A program made the translations under genes and the position numbers. Positions 1 to 9,750 of a stretch of 37,727 nt of DNA are shown here, piece after piece. The stretch is from assembly GCA_937950635.1 (NCBI GenBank), contig CALFCX010000106.1, positions 1 through 37,727 on the forward strand. Reading direction: 5' to 3'. Origin of the DNA: an uncultured bacterium (GTDB lineage Bacteria > Margulisbacteria > WOR-1 > JAKLHX01). Each line of letters opens with the position of its first letter. The stretch's first letter is position 1. The notes beneath the pieces are model-generated. The model had not been told where the DNA came from. It ran no database searches and worked only from the letters and a program-made list of their open reading frames with translations.

Positions 1-806
1 AGAACGAACCCTATTCCGAACAAGGCATAGTAGTGCATGCTTCCCTGTATCACTTCGCCCATTTCAGCCGCTATGGTCGCGGTAAGCGTGCGCACCGGCT
101 GTAATATGCTCCCGGGAATTATGGCCGCGTTGCCGGTGATCATAAGCACGGCCATCGTTTCCCCTATCACTCTTCCTATGCCGAGCATGACCGCCGCCAT
201 TATCCCCGAGGAAGCCGCCGGAAGAATGACCCTGCGGATCGTCTGCAGATGCGTGGCCCCTAAAGCAAGGGCCCCTTCCTTATAACTTTTGGGCACCGAA
301 TTCAACGCATCCTCTATTATGGAAACGATCGTGGGCATCGCCATGAACGCCAGCATTATGGATCCGGCAAGCGCGGTAAGCCCGCTCGGCAGATTGAAAA
401 GATTCTTTATGAACGGGGCAAGCACAACTATGCCAATGAAACCCAGAACTATGCTGGGTATGGCGGCAAGCAGCTCTATTCCGGTCTTTAATATTTCCTT
501 GAACCATCCGGGCGCGACTTCGGATATGTATATAGCTGCCGCAAGGCCTATCGGGACCGCTATGATTATCGCTCCGATCGTAACAAGGAACGATCCCAGT
601 ATCAAAGGAAGGAAACCGAACTTGGGAGGATGGGATATTGGATACCAATCGGTCCCGGATATTATGGTAACGATGTCATTAGCGGCAAAAAAACTGAAGC
701 TCTCTTTGATCAGAAAGATAAAGATCATAATGACAACAATTATTGCCGTGACCCCGCTGAAAAATATCGCTTTCTCTATGAAAGCCTCGAATAATTTTCT
801 TGTCAT
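1..806 (-). CDS. pstC: phosphate ABC transporter permease PstC (3' end runs off the window)
   Basis: This minus-strand frame is open to the window edge, so it is absent from the ORF track. My translation from the ATG at 806-804 reads MTRKLFEAFIEKAIFFSGVTAIIVVIMIF...IEDALNSVPKSYKEGALALGATHLQTIRRVILPAASSGIMAAV, a multi-TM protein with the ABC permease EAA-type loop. Its start overlaps the pstS stop (ATGA). The + strand ORF 289..816 is its antisense shadow. Confidence 0.85.
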   Translation of the reverse strand, partial: MTRKLFEAFIEKAIFFSGVTAIIVVIMIFIFLIKESFSFFAANDIVTIISGTDWYPISHPPKFGFLPLILGSFLVTIGAIIIAVPIGLAAAIYISEVAPGWFKEILKTGIELLAAIPSIVLGFIGIVVLAPFIKNLFNLPSGLTALAGSIMLAFMAMPTIVSIIEDALNSVPKSYKEGALALGATHLQTIRRVILPAASSGIMAAVMLGIGRVIGETMAVLMITGNAAIIPGSILQPVRTLTATIAAEMGEVIQGSMHYYALFGIGFV

Positions 807-1675
807 CGCACGCTGATCGGGACAAAACCCGTTCCCTTTATTATTTCCTGGCCTCTGGGGCTCATAGTGAAATCCACGAACTCCTTCACGTCACCCTCGG
901 GAGTGCCGTTGGTATAGAAAAAAAGAGTCCTTGAAACCGGATATTCTCCTGAAGAGGCGGTCTTAACAGTAGGGATCACATAAGGCCGGCCGCGGCCTTT
1001 CGACACAGCGACAAGCTTTGTCCGGTCGCAGGCATAGCCGAGGCCTATATATCCTATGGCCTCAGGATTGGCGGAAACCTCTTCTACTATGGCTTGAGTG
1101 GACGGCATCATTAGAACGCTGTTGGCAAATTCTTCTTTGGACTTTTTGTTGTCCTTTTTTATTATATGTTCAAGAAAGAAAACGTGCGTACCGGAGTTCC
1201 TGTCCCTGGAAAGGGCCACGATCCTCCTGTCAGGCCCGCCCAGTTTCTTCCAGGACGTGATCTTCCCGGAAAAAATATCCGCCAGTTCGTCTTTGGTAAG
1301 CCTGTTCACAGGATTGGACGGGGAAACTACGATCGCGATCCCGTCACTGGCCACATGGATCTCATAAGGCTCAACGCCCCTTGCCCTGGCGGTGTCTATC
1401 TCATATTTCGTCATATCCCTGGAGCATAGGGTTATATCCGAGGTCCTGCTAATTAGGGCAGCAACCCCGGTGCCTGAGCCGCCTCCCGTAACGGCGACAT
1501 ATGTCCCTTTATGATCGTTCGAGAATTCCTCTACCAGAGCCTGGGCCATGTTCACCATGGTATCGGAACCTTTTATCTGAAGTATCTTGCTTTTTTGTCC
1601 GCAACCGGAAAGTGTCAGCAAAGGAATAAGCATAGCAACGGCCAAAGGAAATATCTTCGAAGAAAGATGGTTCAT
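803..1675 (-). CDS. pstS: phosphate ABC transporter substrate-binding lipoprotein PstS
   Basis: The ORF is 803..1714. The likely true start is the internal Met at 1675, giving MNHLSSKIFPLAVAMLIPLLTLSGCG (signal peptide plus LSGC lipobox). PBP-type motifs GSDTM, VTGGGSGTG and SRDRNSGT are present, and pstC follows immediately. Confidence 0.85.
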   Translation of the reverse strand: MNHLSSKIFPLAVAMLIPLLTLSGCGQKSKILQIKGSDTMVNMAQALVEEFSNDHKGTYVAVTGGGSGTGVAALISRTSDITLCSRDMTKYEIDTARARGVEPYEIHVASDGIAIVVSPSNPVNRLTKDELADIFSGKITSWKKLGGPDRRIVALSRDRNSGTHVFFLEHIIKKDNKKSKEEFANSVLMMPSTQAIVEEVSANPEAIGYIGLGYACDRTKLVAVSKGRGRPYVIPTVKTASSGEYPVSRTLFFYTNGTPEGDVKEFVDFTMSPRGQEIIKGTGFVPISVR

Positions 1676-1786
1676 CTTTTTTACAATTCCGAAACAATTA
1701 TAACATCCATTCATGCAAACAATCTTAAGGCCCTCAAGAACCGTTCCGGTTGCTTCAGAACCTTTTATGATAAAATTGTTTTACCT

Positions 1787-2563
1787 ATGAAGAGGCCTGT
1801 TCTTACGATCATTCTGGTCTGTTTCTCGTTGATGATACGGCCGGCGGCAGCTGCCGGCACATACGACGGGCTTTGGTTCCTTGGATTTAACATGAACAAA
1901 GAGGTCTTTTCCGGCAACAAAAGCAAACTCGTACGTCAGGCCTTCAATCACGCTATAAACAGATCTTATATCTGCAAGGATGTGATAGGAGACAATAATG
2001 TTCCTTCTGGAGTGATCCCGACGGGTATGCCCGGACATCTTGATAACAGGAGCGGTTATTCTTTTTCAACCTCCCGGGCAAAAAAACTGCTGAGAAGCGC
2101 CGGTCTCAAAGAAGGCGATAAAAGGCTCAAAAACCTGACGCTAATACATACCGACGGACAAAAGACGGCAAAAATAGCCCGGATCATAAAAAAAGAGCTT
2201 GCCGATAGCGGCATACAAGTGACCTTAAAAGAAATAGCATATGAAGAGGACGATTCCTGGGAAAGGGAGCTGACAAAAGGATCTGCCGATCTTTTCCTGA
2301 TGGGATACAAAGTCCCCCCCCAGCCGTTCGAGAAGAACGACCCCGTATCAAGGAGCGAAAAATTCCTGTATGAACTTTTCCATTCCAAAGGCGAAGCCAA
2401 TATGTTCTTCCTGCACAACAAAGACCTTGACGCGCTCATAGAAACTACAGGAACGGTCCCTTCAAAAGAAGCGGGCCTAAAGACCCGGCTGCTGCAGAAA
2501 GCCGACGGATTATTGTTCGAAGATCCGGTAACGGTCAATCTTTTTTACATAGAAGAGCTGTAA
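1787..2563 (+). CDS. secreted protein resembling a fragment of family-5 (peptide/nickel) ABC substrate-binding proteins
   Basis: Within ORF 1511..2563, the Met at 1787 gives MKRPVLTIILVCFSLMIRPAAAAG, a signal peptide. The stretch LVRQAFNHAINRSYICKDVIGDNNVPSGVIPTGMPGH resembles the SBP_bac_5 core. At 258 aa it is much shorter than canonical family members. Confidence 0.5.
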   Translation: MKRPVLTIILVCFSLMIRPAAAAGTYDGLWFLGFNMNKEVFSGNKSKLVRQAFNHAINRSYICKDVIGDNNVPSGVIPTGMPGHLDNRSGYSFSTSRAKKLLRSAGLKEGDKRLKNLTLIHTDGQKTAKIARIIKKELADSGIQVTLKEIAYEEDDSWERELTKGSADLFLMGYKVPPQPFEKNDPVSRSEKFLYELFHSKGEANMFFLHNKDLDALIETTGTVPSKEAGLKTRLLQKADGLLFEDPVTVNLFYIEEL

Positions 2564-3109
2564 ATGATGTACGAGTATAACGACCTGGACAGAGAAAATG
2601 ACGGGTTCGGCCTTTTAAGACCGAAAGAGTACAACAGTTCTATTTTTACGATAGACATAAACGCGCTGTATAAAAAAGGGATACGCGGGTTCATAGTGGA
2701 CCTTGACGATACGCTGCTGCCTCGGCCTGAATACAGGATCCCTTTTTCCGTATACAGCTGGGTGGAAAAAGTGAAAGAACACGGCATAAAGATATGCATA
2801 GTTTCCAACGGCGGGAGCGCAAAAAGAGTGGAATACATCTCGGAAAGCCTTAATCTAAAAGGTTTTTCTTTGTCGTTCAAGCCGCTGCCCTTCGCCTTGA
2901 GAAAGGCCATCGCTCACCTTGGGGTTTCTCCGGCCGAGACCGCCGTGATAGGAGATCAGATAATAACCGATGTGATCGGGGGGAATATTATCGGGGCATA
3001 CACAATACTCGTAAAGCCCATCTCAAACGAGGTCTCTCCGATAAGAATGCCTATGCGATTCGTAGAGGACAGTCTCCTTAAATTGCTCAGGCTTGAGATA
3101 GACTCTTGA
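2564..3109 (+). CDS. YqeG-family HAD-IIIA phosphatase
   Basis: HAD motifs are present: FIVDLDDTLL (motif I), IVSNG (motif II) and VIGDQIITDVIGGN (motif IV). Length (181 aa) and layout are typical of YqeG. Confidence 0.75.
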   Translation: MMYEYNDLDRENDGFGLLRPKEYNSSIFTIDINALYKKGIRGFIVDLDDTLLPRPEYRIPFSVYSWVEKVKEHGIKICIVSNGGSAKRVEYISESLNLKGFSLSFKPLPFALRKAIAHLGVSPAETAVIGDQIITDVIGGNIIGAYTILVKPISNEVSPIRMPMRFVEDSLLKLLRLEIDS

Positions 3110-3695
3110 GAGAACTCCTTATTATTTCTTCTACAGATGCCCTGTCCGAAAGATCTTCCACGGCTTTTGATACCGCTCTGCGGGCTTCTTTCGAACCGTA
3201 ACCGAGCGCCATTAACGCGGAAACGGCGTCTTTCAACAAAGGAGAGTCCGACGAAGCGTCAAAAATGCCGCTCGAAGCGTCCAGAGAATATGCCTTGCTT
3301 ATTTTCTCCCTAAGCTCCACAATGACCCTTTGGGCGGTCTTCTTCCCTATTCCCGGAACAGCCGTTATCATATCGACATCAGCTTTGGCGATCGCCGCGA
3401 CCAGCTTGTTAAGCTCAAAAGAAGATACTATGTTCATGGCGCTTTTGGGCCCTATCCCCGAAACCGACAACAGCTGCAGGAACAGGCCTTTTTCTTCTTT
3501 TGAAGAGAACCCGAACAGCTGCATGGAATCCTCTTTTACGTTCATATAAGTGAGTATCTTTATCTTCTGCCCTTTTTGAGGGATACTTCTCAGCACGGAA
3601 GAACTGACCGTGATCTCATACCCTACACCGTTCACGTTAACAGAGATCTTGTCCGCCTCAGCCGTTTCCAGCATGCCTTCGATAAAACTTATCAT
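3087..3695 (-). CDS. ruvA: Holliday junction branch migration complex subunit RuvA
   Basis: MISFIEGML...VNGVGYEI N-terminal OB domain; two HhH motifs (LLSVSGIGPKSA and LTAVPGIGKKTAQR); C-terminal domain LMALGY. It lies directly downstream of ruvC. Confidence 0.92.
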   Translation of the reverse strand: MISFIEGMLETAEADKISVNVNGVGYEITVSSSVLRSIPQKGQKIKILTYMNVKEDSMQLFGFSSKEEKGLFLQLLSVSGIGPKSAMNIVSSFELNKLVAAIAKADVDMITAVPGIGKKTAQRVIVELREKISKAYSLDASSGIFDASSDSPLLKDAVSALMALGYGSKEARRAVSKAVEDLSDRASVEEIIRSSLKSLSQA

Positions 3696-4177
3696 TTGGC
3701 CTCCCTGAAACCGCGCGAATTTATATGGCAGATGGCAATAGCTATAGCATCCGCGGCATCGTCAGGTTTCGGGACCTCTTTACAACCCAGGATGTTCTTG
3801 ACCATATATTGTATCTGTTTTTTATCGGCTTTGCCGTACCCTGTCAGTGCCATTTTTACCTGAAGCGGGGTATATTCGGATATGTTGAGTCCGGCCTGTG
3901 AAGCCGTAAGGAGTATGACGCCCCTCGCCTCCCCGACCTTTATCGCTGTTTTGGCATTGTTGCAGAAAAAAAGCTGTTCGACCGCAATATTATTCGGTTT
4001 ATGATCCTTGATTATATCTTTCAGCTGGGCAGATATCATGTTCAATCTGTCCGGCATCGGAAGTCCGGACGGGGTCTTTATGCATCCGTAATCGATAAGA
4101 GAAAGTTTTTTGTCCGCTTCTTCCACGACACCGAAACCTGTGGTCGCTGTTCCTGGATCTATTCCGAGTGTGCGCAT
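3692..4177 (-). CDS. ruvC: crossover junction endodeoxyribonuclease RuvC
   Basis: MRTLGIDPGTATTGFGVV start with the catalytic Asp; VEQLFF and the C-terminal DAADAIAIAICH motif. It overlaps ruvA by 4 nt. Confidence 0.92.
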   Translation of the reverse strand: MRTLGIDPGTATTGFGVVEEADKKLSLIDYGCIKTPSGLPMPDRLNMISAQLKDIIKDHKPNNIAVEQLFFCNNAKTAIKVGEARGVILLTASQAGLNISEYTPLQVKMALTGYGKADKKQIQYMVKNILGCKEVPKPDDAADAIAIAICHINSRGFREAK

Positions 4178-4184
4178 GGCGAAA

Positions 4185-5102
4185 TTATAGCACCTTATCC
4201 TTTACAAACTCCATATATTCCCCGGTAACGGGATGGGAAAAACCCAGGGCATAGCTGTGCAGCGACATGAACGGAGACTTATCTTTTTTCTGCCCGTAGA
4301 CTTTGTCGCCTACTATGGGGTGCCCCATATAGGCCATGTGGACCCTTATCTGGTGCGTTCGCCCGGTCTCAAGCCTTATCTCCAAAAGAGTCTTGCCAGC
4401 CTGCCTTTTCACTACTTTATAATGCGTGACAGCATTCCTGGCTTTAGACCTGCGCGGTTTCCTGAAATTATGTGCTTTAATGACACCGGGATCTGCCGCT
4501 ATAACCGCCATTTTCTTTCTGTCCGACTGACTGCGCCCTATCGGGGCGTCTATGGTACCGGCATCGTTCTTTATGCTGCCGTGCACGAGCGCGAGATACT
4601 TTTTCGCGACCTTCCTGTCCTTGAACTGCGCAGAAAGGTTGCGGTGCGCGACATCGGTCTTGGCTATGACCATAAGTCCCGAGGTTTCTTTATCAAGCCT
4701 GTGGACTATGCCGGGTCGTTCCTCCCCGCCTATACCCGAAAGATCTTTGCAATGGCTCAAAAGAGCATTTACCAGAGTTCCCGTCCTGTTGCCGTGCGCC
4801 GGATGCACCACCATTCCGGCCGGCTTGTTGATCACGATCAGCTGGTCATCTTCATACACTACGTCAAGAGGTATGTCTTCCGCCAGAGACTCCGTCCTTT
4901 TTACCGGAGGCATCTCGACCGATACCTCGTCTTCATGGGAAAGCTGTTTCCCCGCCTTTTTGCACGGTTTGCCGTTGACCTCCACTTTGCCAGACTTTAT
5001 CACCTTTTGTATCAATGACCGGCTCATCCCGGACAGTTTATTGGCAAGGAACTGGTCAAGACGATAGAATTCATATTCCTTCGGGACCGAGAACGTTCTC
5101 AT
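4185..5102 (-). CDS. rluD: RluA/RluD-family 23S rRNA pseudouridine synthase
   Basis: N-terminal S4 domain (RLDQFLA...SRSLIQKVIKSGKVEVNG), catalytic HRLDKETSGLMV motif and the THQIRVH motif. Confidence 0.85.
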   Translation of the reverse strand: MRTFSVPKEYEFYRLDQFLANKLSGMSRSLIQKVIKSGKVEVNGKPCKKAGKQLSHEDEVSVEMPPVKRTESLAEDIPLDVVYEDDQLIVINKPAGMVVHPAHGNRTGTLVNALLSHCKDLSGIGGEERPGIVHRLDKETSGLMVIAKTDVAHRNLSAQFKDRKVAKKYLALVHGSIKNDAGTIDAPIGRSQSDRKKMAVIAADPGVIKAHNFRKPRRSKARNAVTHYKVVKRQAGKTLLEIRLETGRTHQIRVHMAYMGHPIVGDKVYGQKKDKSPFMSLHSYALGFSHPVTGEYMEFVKDKVL

Positions 5103-5148
5103 AATGCAATTTTACAACTAATTATCTGTTTTTTCATTCGTGTTGAGG

Positions 5149-5154
5149 TATAAT
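5149..5154 (+). promoter_or_regulatory. candidate -10 box (TATAAT) upstream of the small basic ORF
   Basis: A perfect TATAAT lies about 30 nt upstream of the ATG at 5183. I found no convincing -35. Confidence 0.3.
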
Positions 5155-5182
5155 TTATTCATAGAACGAACGGAGGCAAAAA

Positions 5183-5266
5183 ATGCGTCAAAGAGAAAAA
5201 GAGATCAAAAGAAGAAGAAAAAGAAGAAAAGAAGCTCTTAAAAAAAGAAGAAGGCTTAAAAGATAG
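5183..5266 (+). CDS. 27-aa highly basic peptide (MRQREKEIKRRRKRRKEALKKRRRLKR), unannotated small ORF
   Basis: ATG at 5183 is preceded by GGAGG at 5172-5176, a 6-nt spacer. It is below the size cutoff of the ORF track and sits between two minus-strand genes. Of its 27 residues, 17 are Arg or Lys. Confidence 0.45.
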   Translation: MRQREKEIKRRRKRRKEALKKRRRLKR

Positions 5267-5272
5267 CCGACC

Positions 5273-6757
5273 TTAGGATCTTTTTTCACAAGGGAAGATA
5301 TTATCTCGACCCAGGATCATTTTCGGGTCGAGATATTTTTTTACGCGGACCATTTCGCAGATGCCGCGTTCTCCATACATTTCTCTTAAGAAAGCATGTT
5401 TTAACTTGCCTATTCCGTGCTCGGCGGATATCGTGCCGCCCAGAGCGACCGCGGTCCTTGCGAACCTCAAATATATTTCTTTAGCCTTTTGACGCTCGGC
5501 TTCGTTCTTAGGAAGGATATTGGCATGCAGATGATTGTCGCCTATATGTCCGAATATCAGATGGTCCATCCCAGAGGCGGAAAGCTCTTTCACGTAAACA
5601 GAGAACATCTCAGGGAACTTCTCCCACGGCACCGCTATATCCGTCCCTACCTTGGCTATCCCTCTTGATCTGACTATCTCGTTCACCAGCACCGGAAGTT
5701 CGTGCCTTATTTTTTTAAATTCCGCTTCTTTTTCGGGTTCCGTGGCGCTCCATACGCTATCTATGTTCACGCCGTTCTTTTCAAGTAACGCCACCCAGTC
5801 ATCAAGAAAGCCCGGCTCTCTTTCCGGAGTTATCTCTTCTTCGAAGAATATCGCGGCGTTCTTGTCCGAAGGGATATTCCCGAACTTATTCCTGAGTAAA
5901 GAGAGGGAATTCTTATCAAAATATTCTATCGCAAGAGCATTAAGACCTTTTGGGTCCATGTTCTTACGGCTAAGAAAAGTCCTCGATTTTGCGTCTTTTA
6001 CGAACGCGAGAGCTTGTTCGTTATCATCAAAAAAAGCAAAAGCCGCGAATGTATAACCCGTGACGGGAAGAAGCCTGAGCCGGGCTTCAACAACTACCCC
6101 AAGGGTCCCTTCACTCCCTATAAAAAGATCTATCAGGTCCATATCCGGTTTGGAATAATACCCGGCAGCATTTTTAATGTTCGGCATTTGGATATTTGGA
6201 ATTTGAAATTTGCTTAGGGCTTCGGATTTAGGTTTTAGGATTTTTATTGTTTGCCCCTGCGCCAGATATTTACCCCTGGGCACATCAAGCATCTCTCCGT
6301 CGGCCAGCACCACTTTGATGCTGTCGACATATTGCCGCGTAGAACCGTATTTAAAAGACCTTGAGCCCGAAGCGTTCGTGGCAATATTACCTCCTATGGA
6401 CGCGTCCCACTCGGTAGCGTCCGGAGGGTAAAAATACCCTATAGATCCCGCCGCTTCGTGTATCTTTGTTATCGTCACTCCCGCCTGAACGGTCATTGAT
6501 CCGGGTTTTACAGAGAGAATGCCATCGAGTTTTTCAAGAGAGAGTACATTACCCCCGAAAGGAAGACGCCCTCCGGTCACACCGGTACCGGCGCCGGAAA
6601 TAGATACGGGTATATTTTTTGAAGAAGCTTCTTTGAGGATATCGGACACTTCGGAATAGGTCTCCGGGATAAGGACTTTGTCGCAATGCGCTCCGAGCAA
6701 TCCGGATTCGTCGTGGAGATAAGCTTCGATCACGTCTTTGTCGGACTTGATTATCAT
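5273..6757 (-). CDS. FAD-binding oxidoreductase (GlcD / D-lactate dehydrogenase family)
   Basis: PCMH-type FAD-binding N-terminus (PVSISGAGTGVTGG, GNIATNASG) and a C-terminal FAD-oxidase domain (HIGDNHLH, GGTISAEHGIGKLK). Confidence 0.8.
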   Translation of the reverse strand: MIIKSDKDVIEAYLHDESGLLGAHCDKVLIPETYSEVSDILKEASSKNIPVSISGAGTGVTGGRLPFGGNVLSLEKLDGILSVKPGSMTVQAGVTITKIHEAAGSIGYFYPPDATEWDASIGGNIATNASGSRSFKYGSTRQYVDSIKVVLADGEMLDVPRGKYLAQGQTIKILKPKSEALSKFQIPNIQMPNIKNAAGYYSKPDMDLIDLFIGSEGTLGVVVEARLRLLPVTGYTFAAFAFFDDNEQALAFVKDAKSRTFLSRKNMDPKGLNALAIEYFDKNSLSLLRNKFGNIPSDKNAAIFFEEEITPEREPGFLDDWVALLEKNGVNIDSVWSATEPEKEAEFKKIRHELPVLVNEIVRSRGIAKVGTDIAVPWEKFPEMFSVYVKELSASGMDHLIFGHIGDNHLHANILPKNEAERQKAKEIYLRFARTAVALGGTISAEHGIGKLKHAFLREMYGERGICEMVRVKKYLDPKMILGRDNIFPCEKRS

Positions 6758-6772
6758 GTGCCTATTTTAGCA

Positions 6773-7600
6773 CTATTCCTCAAAAACCTCGTTCTGCATG
6801 AATTCATAGGCTTTTTTGAGAGAGGGATCGCCTTTTTCGCGGTAGGCTTTTTCTGCGATCTTTTTAAAGGCTTTGTTCTTATTATAGAACCATTCGTAGG
6901 ACCATGCGAATTTTTCCAGAGGATTTTTGTCCCACGGAGCTTCGCTTTTTTTCGGGAGCTCGATAAGTATCTCGCCGAACACGTCCTGCTCCTTGGAAAG
7001 CGAGTTGAGACTGAACCTGTCCCAGACACTGTCCCATTTCTCCTTGGGGACTTCGACAGGTTTGATGCCGAACTGGTAAAGCTTGTTATCATTAAAGAAT
7101 ACCCTGCGCATCTCGGTCATGTTCCATCCGGTATCCTGGATAAATTCCATAAAGCGCGCAAAAGACAGGTTGAAATGGTTGACCGCATGCCCTATCTCAT
7201 GTATCAAAACTTCCGGTATTTCCTCGGGAGAAAGATCGTCAAAAAGATAGACCCGCTTCTGCTCGGCCACATAGGCCCCTCCCGCGTGTACAAGGGCGTT
7301 CTTCAGCAGCCGTACTCTTACGGATTTGTTCTTAACGATCTCTTTCACTCCAAGCAGATGCTGCTGTTTTTTCTTCTTCTTGAGGTCGTTCAGCACCTTT
7401 TCTATTACCAGAAGTTCTGCCCTTGAGAACCTAACATCACTGTCAAGGACCTTTACTCCGTGGTCCTTATATATCCGGCCTCGGTCGGACATGCCTTCTA
7501 CGGTGTGGGTGGGCTGCTTTTGTCCCGGCATCCCGACTTTGAACGACAAAGCCGCCGAAGGAGCACCGGTAGAATAAGGCCCTATTGCAGATATAGACAT
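6773..7600 (-). CDS. hypothetical protein with an HExxH zinc-metallopeptidase motif
   Basis: A VLIHEIGHAVNH motif is present. I recognise no other family signature. Confidence 0.45.
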   Translation of the reverse strand: MSISAIGPYSTGAPSAALSFKVGMPGQKQPTHTVEGMSDRGRIYKDHGVKVLDSDVRFSRAELLVIEKVLNDLKKKKKQQHLLGVKEIVKNKSVRVRLLKNALVHAGGAYVAEQKRVYLFDDLSPEEIPEVLIHEIGHAVNHFNLSFARFMEFIQDTGWNMTEMRRVFFNDNKLYQFGIKPVEVPKEKWDSVWDRFSLNSLSKEQDVFGEILIELPKKSEAPWDKNPLEKFAWSYEWFYNKNKAFKKIAEKAYREKGDPSLKKAYEFMQNEVFEE

Positions 7601-7666
7601 ATATACACTCCCGCTATAAGTAGATATCGTACCGAGAATAAAAGAACTTGCGGGATTGATGGATCG

Positions 7667-8530
7667 TTATCTTTCGACCATAGTACCGATACCGACATCG
7701 GTAAAGAGCTCCAAGAGTATGGCGTGAGGGATCCTTCCGTCAATTATATGGACTTTCTCAACCCCTTCTTTAAGGGCTTTGAGCGCACATCTCACCTTAG
7801 GGATCATGCCTCCGGTGATCACGCCGTTCCTTATGAGCCGGCGGACCTTTGAAGCATTAACGGCGGATATCAGCCTGTCTTTTTTGTCAAAAACCCCTCT
7901 CACGTTGGTTATCAAAATAAGCTTTGTAGCTGACAGCGAAGAAGACACCTCTGAAGCAACGATATCGGCGTTTATATTGTATGTTCGCCCCTTGCCGTCA
8001 ACACCGACCGAAGATATCACAGGTATCCTTCCGCCGGCAATAACGCTTTTGAGCTGTTTCACGTCTATATTCGCAACATCTCCGACAAAACCAAGATCGA
8101 TCTTCTGTTTGTTCCGGTAAAAGATCCTTTTTCGCGCTTTTATTATACGGCCTTTTTTCCCGGAAAAACCTCTCGCCATACGGCCGCCTTTATTTATCAA
8201 AGAAACTATCCCGGCATTCACCCTGCCAAGCACGGTTTCCACAACTTCCATTGTGGGCTCGTCGGTAACACGCAGGCCTTCAAGGAATTTGATCTCTATT
8301 TTTCTTTTTTTGAGCTCTTTGGTTATCTCAGGGCCTCCGCCGTGCACAAGTACCGGATACATCCCAAGATATCTTAAGAGAGTTACCGCCTCGATCACTT
8401 TAGCTTTGAGAGCCCGGTCCACCATCGCGTTGCCGCCGTACTTTATCACGATGATCTTACCGTAGAATTTGCGCAGATAAGGCAAGGCCTCCATTACGAC
8501 CTCAGCCCTTTTTATTAGCGCCTCGAACAT
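7667..8530 (-). CDS. argB: acetylglutamate kinase
   Basis: VIKYGGNAM, LVHGGGPEI and the NINAD motif. It is the last gene of the argC-argJ-argB run. Confidence 0.92.
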   Translation of the reverse strand: MFEALIKRAEVVMEALPYLRKFYGKIIVIKYGGNAMVDRALKAKVIEAVTLLRYLGMYPVLVHGGGPEITKELKKRKIEIKFLEGLRVTDEPTMEVVETVLGRVNAGIVSLINKGGRMARGFSGKKGRIIKARKRIFYRNKQKIDLGFVGDVANIDVKQLKSVIAGGRIPVISSVGVDGKGRTYNINADIVASEVSSSLSATKLILITNVRGVFDKKDRLISAVNASKVRRLIRNGVITGGMIPKVRCALKALKEGVEKVHIIDGRIPHAILLELFTDVGIGTMVER

Positions 8531-8541
8531 TTTTTATCCTT

Positions 8542-9750
8542 TCAGGTATGGTAGCGTGCGTTTATGTCTATATATTTTTCGGTCATATCGCAACCCCAGG
8601 CGGTCGCGCTGAATTTGCCGTGTTTTAGGTCCACAAGAATATCCACTGTGTCTTTCTTCATAAGTTCGGACGCTTTTTTTGGGTCGAATTTCACCGGCAT
8701 GCCTTTTTTCACCAGAAGCATTCCGCCAAGCTTGACTTCCGTTCTTTCCTGATCGAATTCCGCTCCTGAATATCCGGCTGCCGCGAGAACTCTCCCTATA
8801 TTCGGGTCTGCGCCGTAGACCGCGCATTTGACAAGGCTTGACCCGGCTATGCTTTTGGCTGCCAGAGCGGCATCTTTTTTTGTTCTTGCCCCGCGGACGT
8901 TCACGGAGATCAGTCTGGTGGCACCTTCGCCGTCCCTTGCTATTTCCTTGGCAAGATACTGGCATACAAAGCTGAGCGCAGCCAAAAACACCTGATAACT
9001 TTTCCCGGTTGTCACTTTTGAGGATTGCCCGTTAGCAAGCGCCAGGACGCAATCGTTGGTGCTCATATCGTTGTCTACCGTTAACATATTAAAAGAGTCT
9101 TCCGTGGCTTCCAAAACAGCCTTTTGAAAAAGCTTAGGGATTATCTGCGCATCGGTTGTTATCACCGCTATCATCGTCGCCATGTTCGGGCATATCATCC
9201 CGGAACCTTTTGCTATCCCTCCTATACGTACTTTTCCGCCACCCGGGAGAGAAACGTTCACGGCTATTTCTTTCTTTCTGAGATCTGTCGTAAGTATGGC
9301 TTCGGCCGCGGAACACGTATTATCCTTTTTTATCATTCTGGAAGCCGTCCAGATGCCTCCGGTTATCTTCTGCATCTGCATGGGAACGCCTATTATTCCG
9401 GTGGAGGCTACAAGAACATCTTCTTTGCCGATCCTTAGAGCTTCGGCCGTTTCCTTTGCCATTTCAAGGGCATCCGACATCCCCTGTTTGCCGGTGCACG
9501 CGTTCGCGTTGCCCGAATTTATTACGATAGCCTGCGCGTAACCTTTTTTTACGACCTGCTGAGAAACTATCACCGGAGCGGCTTTCACCTTGTTCTTCGT
9601 GAAAACCCCGGCCGCAGAAGCGAGTGAAGTGGAATATATGAGAGCAAGATCTTTTTTCTTGGATTTTTTGACCCCGCTGTAAACCCCGGAAGCAAAAAAA
9701 CCTTCCGGAGCGCAGATGCCGCCTTCTACAGGCTTAAATGAACATTTCAT
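8542..9750 (-). CDS. argJ: bifunctional ornithine acetyltransferase / N-acetylglutamate synthase
   Basis: Autoprocessing-site context PNMATMIAVITTDA and the C-terminal INARYHT ending typical of ArgJ. It overlaps argC by 4 nt. Confidence 0.92.
   Translation of the reverse strand: MKCSFKPVEGGICAPEGFFASGVYSGVKKSKKKDLALIYSTSLASAAGVFTKNKVKAAPVIVSQQVVKKGYAQAIVINSGNANACTGKQGMSDALEMAKETAEALRIGKEDVLVASTGIIGVPMQMQKITGGIWTASRMIKKDNTCSAAEAILTTDLRKKEIAVNVSLPGGGKVRIGGIAKGSGMICPNMATMIAVITTDAQIIPKLFQKAVLEATEDSFNMLTVDNDMSTNDCVLALANGQSSKVTTGKSYQVFLAALSFVCQYLAKEIARDGEGATRLISVNVRGARTKKDAALAAKSIAGSSLVKCAVYGADPNIGRVLAAAGYSGAEFDQERTEVKLGGMLLVKKGMPVKFDPKKASELMKKDTVDILVDLKHGKFSATAWGCDMTEKYIDINARYHT

Noticed and set aside
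289-816. 175-aa + strand ORF and the 37..285 and 280..648 ORFs
   Set aside because: These are antisense or off-frame shadows of the pstC permease gene, whose minus-strand translation has clear ABC permease features.
1511-1786. N-terminal extension of the 350-aa ORF and of pstS (1676..1714)
   Set aside because: The extensions overlap the divergent gene or promoter region and lack signal peptides. Internal Met codons give proper signal or lipoprotein sequences.
8534-8965. 143-aa Arg-rich minus-strand ORF
   Set aside because: It is an out-of-frame overlap inside argJ, its low-complexity composition is typical of an alternative frame, and argJ motifs account for the region.
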